Origin: Candidatus Babelota bacterium | GTDB taxonomy: Bacteria; Babelota; Babeliae; Babelales; GCA-2401785 | Assembly: GCA_016871815.1 (NCBI GenBank) | Contig: VHBT01000004.1 | Location: forward strand, 5,454 to 69,453 | Length of the DNA stretch: 64,000 bases | Direction of reading: 5' to 3' | Part shown: positions 58,892-64,000 of the stretch, one piece after another | How the letters are laid out: each line of letters starts with the position of its first letter | How positions within the stretch are numbered: the first letter of the stretch is position 1 | Notes under the pieces: generated by a model | Databases searched by the model: none | Seen by the model: the letters and a program-made list of their open reading frames with translations, nothing else | Told to the model about the DNA's origin: nothing | Made by a program: the position numbers and the translations under genes

Positions 58892-60421
58892 ATGAAATAC
58901 CTTTTTTTTATACTCACCTATATTTTTTGCGCCCTCCCATGCTCCGCATTTTCTTGGTGGCCTTTTGGCAAATCAAAAGCAGCTCAACCAGATACATACC
59001 AACAACTCATCCAACAACAACTAGAAAATCCATTCGATCCTCTCATCAATTACAATCTTGGGGTTCTTGCTCACAAAAAAGGTAATAATTCCCTTGCGCA
59101 AGCATCATTCGACCGAGTGATTGAAGCAAAAATTGAAGCTGGAAAAGATCTATTTTCTCGATCAGCTACAAATTCAGGATCTATTTTTGCCAAAAATGCT
59201 TCCACAACACTTGAAAGCCTACAATGGCAAGAAAAAGTAATTCCAGATGATATCCTGGAAACACAACTTGCAGGACTTGATAAAGCTGTTGCTCGATACG
59301 AACTTGTCGACCCAGAGTTTGATCCAGCAACCCAACTTTCAACCCTCAAGCAGGAACTTATCGATTTTAAAAATCTTGTTATCGAACGACAAGAACAACT
59401 TAAAAAAGAAAAAAAACAAAACAACGATCAAAAACAAAACAACAAAAACGATAAGCAGCCACAAGATCAAAATCAAAAAAACAACGAAAGCAATCAAGAT
59501 CAACAAAAAGATCCAAACAACAAATCTGATTCAAGCGATCAGAAAGAAAATGACCAAACATCTGATCAAGAAGAAAAATCCGACGATACGCCAAACAACC
59601 AGTCCTGCAACAATCAATCAAAAAAACCAAACAATTCATCCCCACAAAAAGACTCCAATAATCAAAATGATACTCGTGAAAAAGAAAAAGAATCTGGCGA
59701 AAACAACCCTGCAGACAAACAAAACTCTGCAGATAAACAAGAAGAAGAAAACCATTCTGATGAGCCACAGCAGCCAGAACCAAAAGAAAAAAAACCGCAT
59801 CAAGATAATCCCGGCAAAGATTCTGGCGATGATGAACAACAAACAGACAGCTCTTTGAATGAACAAAAAGAAGAGCAATCAAACGAGCAAGCCGATGCTA
59901 ACCAAAAAGACTCCGAAAGCCATGCAGATGATGTTAAAAAAAATCTTGGACAAGAAGAAGCTATGGATTCAGATGAATCTTTAAATCAAAATCAAAACGA
60001 AACAACGCAAGAAAAAGCTACCTCAGAAAACACCCAATCGGCCGAAGATGAATCTGCAGATAATTTGAAAGAAGAACAGACAGAGTCCCAAACTGAAAAA
60101 ACCAAACCCTCAACATCTGCATCCGGTCAAAAAAGCAAATCTCTCGATCAATCAAATAATTCTAACCCCGCCTTCGAACAACAAGCAGCTCAAGAAGAAG
60201 CAGGTGCAATAAACGAAAACGAATCTTCTGCTCAAGAAGAAAGCGAAGAACAATATGGTTATTGGCATGAACAAAAAGCTGATGAAACTTCGTCAGAAAA
60301 AGCTGCCCGCATGCTTTTACAAAAATTTTCAAAACACGAAGACGAACTTCAGAAAGAACGCTTTGCTAAACGAACAGCCCTCAGCGGCGCGCAACAAGAT
60401 AGATCAAAAAATAATTGGTAA
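58892..60421 (+). CDS. TPR-containing BatC-like protein with a long low-complexity acidic/polar region
   Basis: Signal peptide and a TPR-like segment (PLINYNLGVLAHKKGNNSLAQASFDRVIEA). The region from about 59390 to 60260 encodes K/Q/N/D/E/S-rich low-complexity sequence. Confidence 0.6.
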   Translation: MKYLFFILTYIFCALPCSAFSWWPFGKSKAAQPDTYQQLIQQQLENPFDPLINYNLGVLAHKKGNNSLAQASFDRVIEAKIEAGKDLFSRSATNSGSIFAKNASTTLESLQWQEKVIPDDILETQLAGLDKAVARYELVDPEFDPATQLSTLKQELIDFKNLVIERQEQLKKEKKQNNDQKQNNKNDKQPQDQNQKNNESNQDQQKDPNNKSDSSDQKENDQTSDQEEKSDDTPNNQSCNNQSKKPNNSSPQKDSNNQNDTREKEKESGENNPADKQNSADKQEEENHSDEPQQPEPKEKKPHQDNPGKDSGDDEQQTDSSLNEQKEEQSNEQADANQKDSESHADDVKKNLGQEEAMDSDESLNQNQNETTQEKATSENTQSAEDESADNLKEEQTESQTEKTKPSTSASGQKSKSLDQSNNSNPAFEQQAAQEEAGAINENESSAQEESEEQYGYWHEQKADETSSEKAARMLLQKFSKHEDELQKERFAKRTALSGAQQDRSKNNW

Positions 60422-60432
60422 AGGATACTCAA

Positions 60433-62229
60433 ATGATCAAAAAACAATTTTTCAATTCATTTCTTTTTTTTCTACTCTGTGGACTTATTCCAAACATCAT
60501 TCAATCTCAGCAGGGTCAAAATAGCCTTACAATTTCAATTACAGGCTCGCGCTCAAGCTACAAAGACAACTCTGGCAAATTTATTTACGAGATCGATCCC
60601 GGCCAGATTTTTAACATTTTGGTTATCTCTTCTGGAAAAAACCCCATAAACGAGATCCCCGAAATCCCTGGACTGGATCAATTTAGAAATGTATTTGTAA
60701 GAAAGTCTGGTCGCTCTATGAACATCAATGGCAAAACTTCTTTAACCAATTCTTTTGAGTTTCAGGCGATAGGTGGAGATGAGGGGGAATTTGAAATTGG
60801 ACCAATCTCAACAAGTACAGGAAAATCTGAGTCTTGTGTTATCAAGGTTCGTCAGCGAACACTCGAAGAAGCGGATGCTGCTTTTCAAAAAGAGTACAAG
60901 GCAGGCGTTGCCTGCCAAGCTCGATTAGTGCTTGAAAAAGACACTTTTTTTGTTGGTGAAATAATTCCAGTAACACTCCAAGTTTACGTATGGAACGACA
61001 ACGTAGAAATAAATCATATCACTCCACAATTTGATTCATTTACTGTCAAAGAATCTGACACTGAATCATCAACCATCCAAATCGAAAATCGCCCCGTAAA
61101 AGTTTTTCAGAAAAAATTTTTCCTCTCAACACCATGGGCAGGAACAAAAAAAATTAAACCCGTGACTGTTGCGTATTCCCAAATAGAAGATGACTTTCCT
61201 TTCAACAACATCAACTTTAACTTTTTTGGCCCAACCAAAAGCATCATGCATGCCAACACTCACTCAAACGGACTTTCAGTAACAATCAAAGACACACCCC
61301 AAGGAAAAAGAAGCCACGATGCGATTGGATCATTTTCCCAATTAACACTTTCTGTCGATAAAAACATGGTCGATTTACGCACACCAATTAACCTATGCCT
61401 TAAAGTGCGGGGAAATGGGAACTTTGATGCAATTGAAATTCCACGACTCAAGCTCCCAAGACACGTACGATCATTTCCCGGAACATCAGAAAGTAAAGTT
61501 TCACTCAGCGCAAACGGAGAGTTTGAAAAAAAGTTTACCTATGTGATACAACCAATCAAACCAGGGGTGATTAAAATTCCATCTCAAGAATTTTATTTTT
61601 TTGATCCAAAAACAGAATCTTTTTCTAGCATCTCTTCCAATCAACTGACCATTAGTGTTGATGGTGATGAAGAAGAAACTGCTCAAGAAAAATTGACACC
61701 TGATACAAAAACCGAAAACTCATCTTCTGAAGATAAAGAATCTTTAATGAATGAATCAGACGAAGAGTGGCTTTCTTCTGAGCAAAATCGAAAATATGAA
61801 AAAAAATCAGATATTTTTTCTGGATTAACTCTTTTTGTTCTCGGACTTCTCAGTTTTTTATTTGGCATAGGATATTTTGCTATTTATCGTTGGATCTTAT
61901 GGCACAAGAGAAACCCCTCAAAAGCCCTTGCTATAGCACTTAAAGAGATACATGCATCTGCAACAAAAAACGCTGCGGATCTCTTTCGTATTGCGTTTAG
62001 TTTTTGCAAGCTCAAGCTGTTTAACGATCAACTAGAAAACCCAACATTCGAAGAAATCGAAGCGGCATTAAACAACAAGAAATGTAGCAAACAAATTATC
62101 GCCATTTTCATGGCTACGCTTGAAAAGCTTGCAGGTGGGGCGTTCGGCTCTCAGACTCCAATAACAAATATCTCAACCCTTCGCCAAGAACTCGAGAAAG
62201 TATTGCACCAAATCAATAATGAATTATAA
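60433..62229 (+). CDS. BatD-like (oxygen-tolerance family) protein
   Basis: Position after batA-C, N-terminal signal, repeated beta-rich modules with VGE motifs (DTFFVGEIIPVTLQVYVW), and a late TM GLTLFVLGLLSFLFGIGYFAIY. Confidence 0.65.
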   Translation: MIKKQFFNSFLFFLLCGLIPNIIQSQQGQNSLTISITGSRSSYKDNSGKFIYEIDPGQIFNILVISSGKNPINEIPEIPGLDQFRNVFVRKSGRSMNINGKTSLTNSFEFQAIGGDEGEFEIGPISTSTGKSESCVIKVRQRTLEEADAAFQKEYKAGVACQARLVLEKDTFFVGEIIPVTLQVYVWNDNVEINHITPQFDSFTVKESDTESSTIQIENRPVKVFQKKFFLSTPWAGTKKIKPVTVAYSQIEDDFPFNNINFNFFGPTKSIMHANTHSNGLSVTIKDTPQGKRSHDAIGSFSQLTLSVDKNMVDLRTPINLCLKVRGNGNFDAIEIPRLKLPRHVRSFPGTSESKVSLSANGEFEKKFTYVIQPIKPGVIKIPSQEFYFFDPKTESFSSISSNQLTISVDGDEEETAQEKLTPDTKTENSSSEDKESLMNESDEEWLSSEQNRKYEKKSDIFSGLTLFVLGLLSFLFGIGYFAIYRWILWHKRNPSKALAIALKEIHASATKNAADLFRIAFSFCKLKLFNDQLENPTFEEIEAALNNKKCSKQIIAIFMATLEKLAGGAFGSQTPITNISTLRQELEKVLHQINNEL

Positions 62230-62238
62230 AAAATAATT

Positions 62239-63417
62239 TTATTGGGATGCAATTCGACTAAAATTACCTAAAAACTTTGCAACCTGGCCCTGCGCTCCAG
62301 CATGTCGAGTCAATTCTCGACGAAGCTCCGGGAAAGAAAGCGCTGTCTTTTTAAACACAAACAACAATGCATGCTCCATCATTCGTTGCTGCCAATCAAA
62401 CGAGCCAGCTGCCACAAATAATCGCAATGCTACCGAAAGCCGCGAACTCTCCCTGTGGGAATAAAGCTGATTAAACTGCTTCAAATACGCATGAATTATT
62501 TCAAGCGAAACGCCCTGATCTTTTTGTCCCCATTTTTCGCAATATGAAAGAAGATGACGCTCAAGCTTGTTGATGCTCTCGCGAGCTTTGTGGTCGTCAT
62601 GCTTTTTAATACTATGCATAATTCCTTTAGCCGCTGTCATAACATCATTTTTTGTTAAACGATAGAAACTCCAAATATCTTGTTGCGGATGAGAAGATAC
62701 ATAGGACTTAATCGCAGAAATCAAATGCGGAGCAACTGTCGTCACCACATGCTCTGAGATTGAAAATAAATATTGATACCCAAGCATCAAAATAACAAAC
62801 TCACTAAAACGTTGCGCAGAAAGAAGTACGCGCGCCTGATTTGTCATAAGTGTCATCGCGCTCTGCAAATCGCGAGAAAATTGCACGTCTTTCTTGCCAG
62901 CAACAAAGCCTTCTGCTTGCTCTCTTACTGTTTCCAAACAACGATCACGATCAGCCTCTGCTTCGTATCCGCCATTTTTTCTATAATACAAACCCTTAAA
63001 GCGATCAAAGTTATCAAAGAGATTATACATTTGGCGGTCTGCCGAAGAAAGTCTCACGTTTTTAAACTTTCTATGAAGCAGAGATAAAACATGCCTCAAG
63101 CAGGTTTGTCCGGCTGTTGATGTTGGTTGGTTTTCTGCGATCACTTTAAAGTCAAAAGGTCGCGACTGCGAACTAAAATGAGAATGCGTTAACTTGAATG
63201 CTACTGCATGAGCAATAGCTCGTTGAGCAGCCAAAGGAATCTCGTCCCAGCCCAAACTAAATCTTCGCGTAATTAATTGATGAAACGACGAACTTACCTC
63301 AAGTTGTCGATTTAAAATTTGTTCTCGAGATGGAATTTTTGTTAAAACCGCAAAATTGCAAACTACTAAAAAATAAAGTAAAAAAAGATTGGCCTTACTC
63401 ATGTACCCAGTTTCCAT
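62239..63417 (-). CDS. Hypothetical secreted protein
   Basis: 392-aa ORF with hydrophobic N-terminus KANLFLLYFLVVCNFAVL. The ATG at 63402 is an alternative start. Confidence 0.5.
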   Translation of the reverse strand: METGYMSKANLFLLYFLVVCNFAVLTKIPSREQILNRQLEVSSSFHQLITRRFSLGWDEIPLAAQRAIAHAVAFKLTHSHFSSQSRPFDFKVIAENQPTSTAGQTCLRHVLSLLHRKFKNVRLSSADRQMYNLFDNFDRFKGLYYRKNGGYEAEADRDRCLETVREQAEGFVAGKKDVQFSRDLQSAMTLMTNQARVLLSAQRFSEFVILMLGYQYLFSISEHVVTTVAPHLISAIKSYVSSHPQQDIWSFYRLTKNDVMTAAKGIMHSIKKHDDHKARESINKLERHLLSYCEKWGQKDQGVSLEIIHAYLKQFNQLYSHRESSRLSVALRLFVAAGSFDWQQRMMEHALLFVFKKTALSFPELRRELTRHAGAQGQVAKFLGNFSRIASQ

Positions 63418-63534
63418 GTATTTTTATTTACTGATGCCAAACGGTACCACTATCATGCGATAAACATCAATTTTTTTAATTAGTACCACAAAATGCCTGG
63501 CTAAATAATAACCATCAAAAAAGAGGTTTAACGT

Positions 63535-64000
63535 ATGCAAAAAAAACAACTCTTATTTTTAGCAATACTCTTTTTCTACTCACAAAAGACTCTTTTCAGT
63601 GATTTGAATAATAAAGATTTTTCTTTTTGGGAAAAGAGAGCACAAAAAGCTCTCTTGAAAAAAAATATACCCGCAGCACTCTTTTCGCTTGCTCATGCAG
63701 AAAAAAAAAGCTCCGCATTTCAACGTTTTTCAATAGTTAAGCAACGCGTTGCCCTAGAGTCTCCAGCAGATGAAAACCCATCCGCGCACACAACTCTTTT
63801 TTTTGCAGTTGTTTTAAGTTTTTTAAATGACATTCCGCTCTTTTTAGCACAACTCATCTTATTAATAATTCTTTTTTATTCAGGGTATTTAGTCGCAAGA
63901 AAACAAAACTTTAAAGTTAAAATCAAAAAGAGGCTTCTCTTTTTGATTTTATTTGTTTTTGGAATATCAGCCGTTAGAATTTTTCTAAAAAACCCAATCA
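63535..64000 (+). CDS. Hypothetical membrane protein, 3'-partial (frame open to the window end)
   Basis: ATG preceded by AAGAGG. I translated MQKKQLLFLAILFFYSQKTLFS... with no stop up to base 64000. It is absent from the ORF track because it has no stop in the window. Confidence 0.5.
   Translation, partial: MQKKQLLFLAILFFYSQKTLFSDLNNKDFSFWEKRAQKALLKKNIPAALFSLAHAEKKSSAFQRFSIVKQRVALESPADENPSAHTTLFFAVVLSFLNDIPLFLAQLILLIILFYSGYLVARKQNFKVKIKKRLLFLILFVFGISAVRIFLKNPI

Noticed and set aside
59247-59882. Long alternative-frame ORFs (203 aa on +, 160 aa and 80 aa on -) inside the BatC-like gene
   Set aside because: They lie in compositionally biased DNA and encode implausible K/N/I- or F/L/C-rich products. 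The BatC frame is continuous with the TPR domain.

Overview
AT-rich bacterial chromosomal window, densely coding, with no rRNA, CRISPR array, transposase or integrase. About half the CDS are recognisable housekeeping genes: two tandem Tlc/NTT-type ATP/ADP translocases, tsaD, smpB, sbcD, a glmU-like gene, gyrB, tadA, a DksA/TraR zinc-finger protein, rpsI, nrdA, aspS, topA, ybeY, two HIT proteins, a NUDIX hydrolase, a Bcp-type peroxiredoxin, an MscK/KefA-like channel, TspO and a batA-batD aerotolerance-type operon. There are eight tRNA genes (Ser-CGA, Thr-CGT, Lys-TTT, Glu-TTC, Leu-CAA, Arg-ACG, Ser-GCT, Ser-TGA), and all encode the 3' CCA. The rest is roughly two dozen orphan ORFs. Most have an N-terminal signal-peptide-like hydrophobic segment, and several form in-window paralog groups. 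Tandem nucleotide transporters plus many secreted orphans suggest a host-dependent, probably intracellular bacterium (Dependentiae/TM6-like or Chlamydiae-like). That is inference only, and no lineage marker was verified. The most notable signals are: (1) a duplicated two-gene cassette of secreted proteins at 19.0-22.6 kb; (2) a translationally coupled paralog pair upstream of the bat operon at 53.7-56.6 kb; (3) a paralog pair flanking TspO in a five-gene minus-strand block at 44.4-50.6 kb; (4) a MutS-domain-V ATPase with an N-terminal hydrophobic leader and an (HG)11 tract; (5) a gene family with conserved 15-bp tandem repeats just upstream of the start codon, one copy decayed. No known defence, secretion or mobile system was recognised. 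All novelty claims are hypotheses that need database and structure searches.
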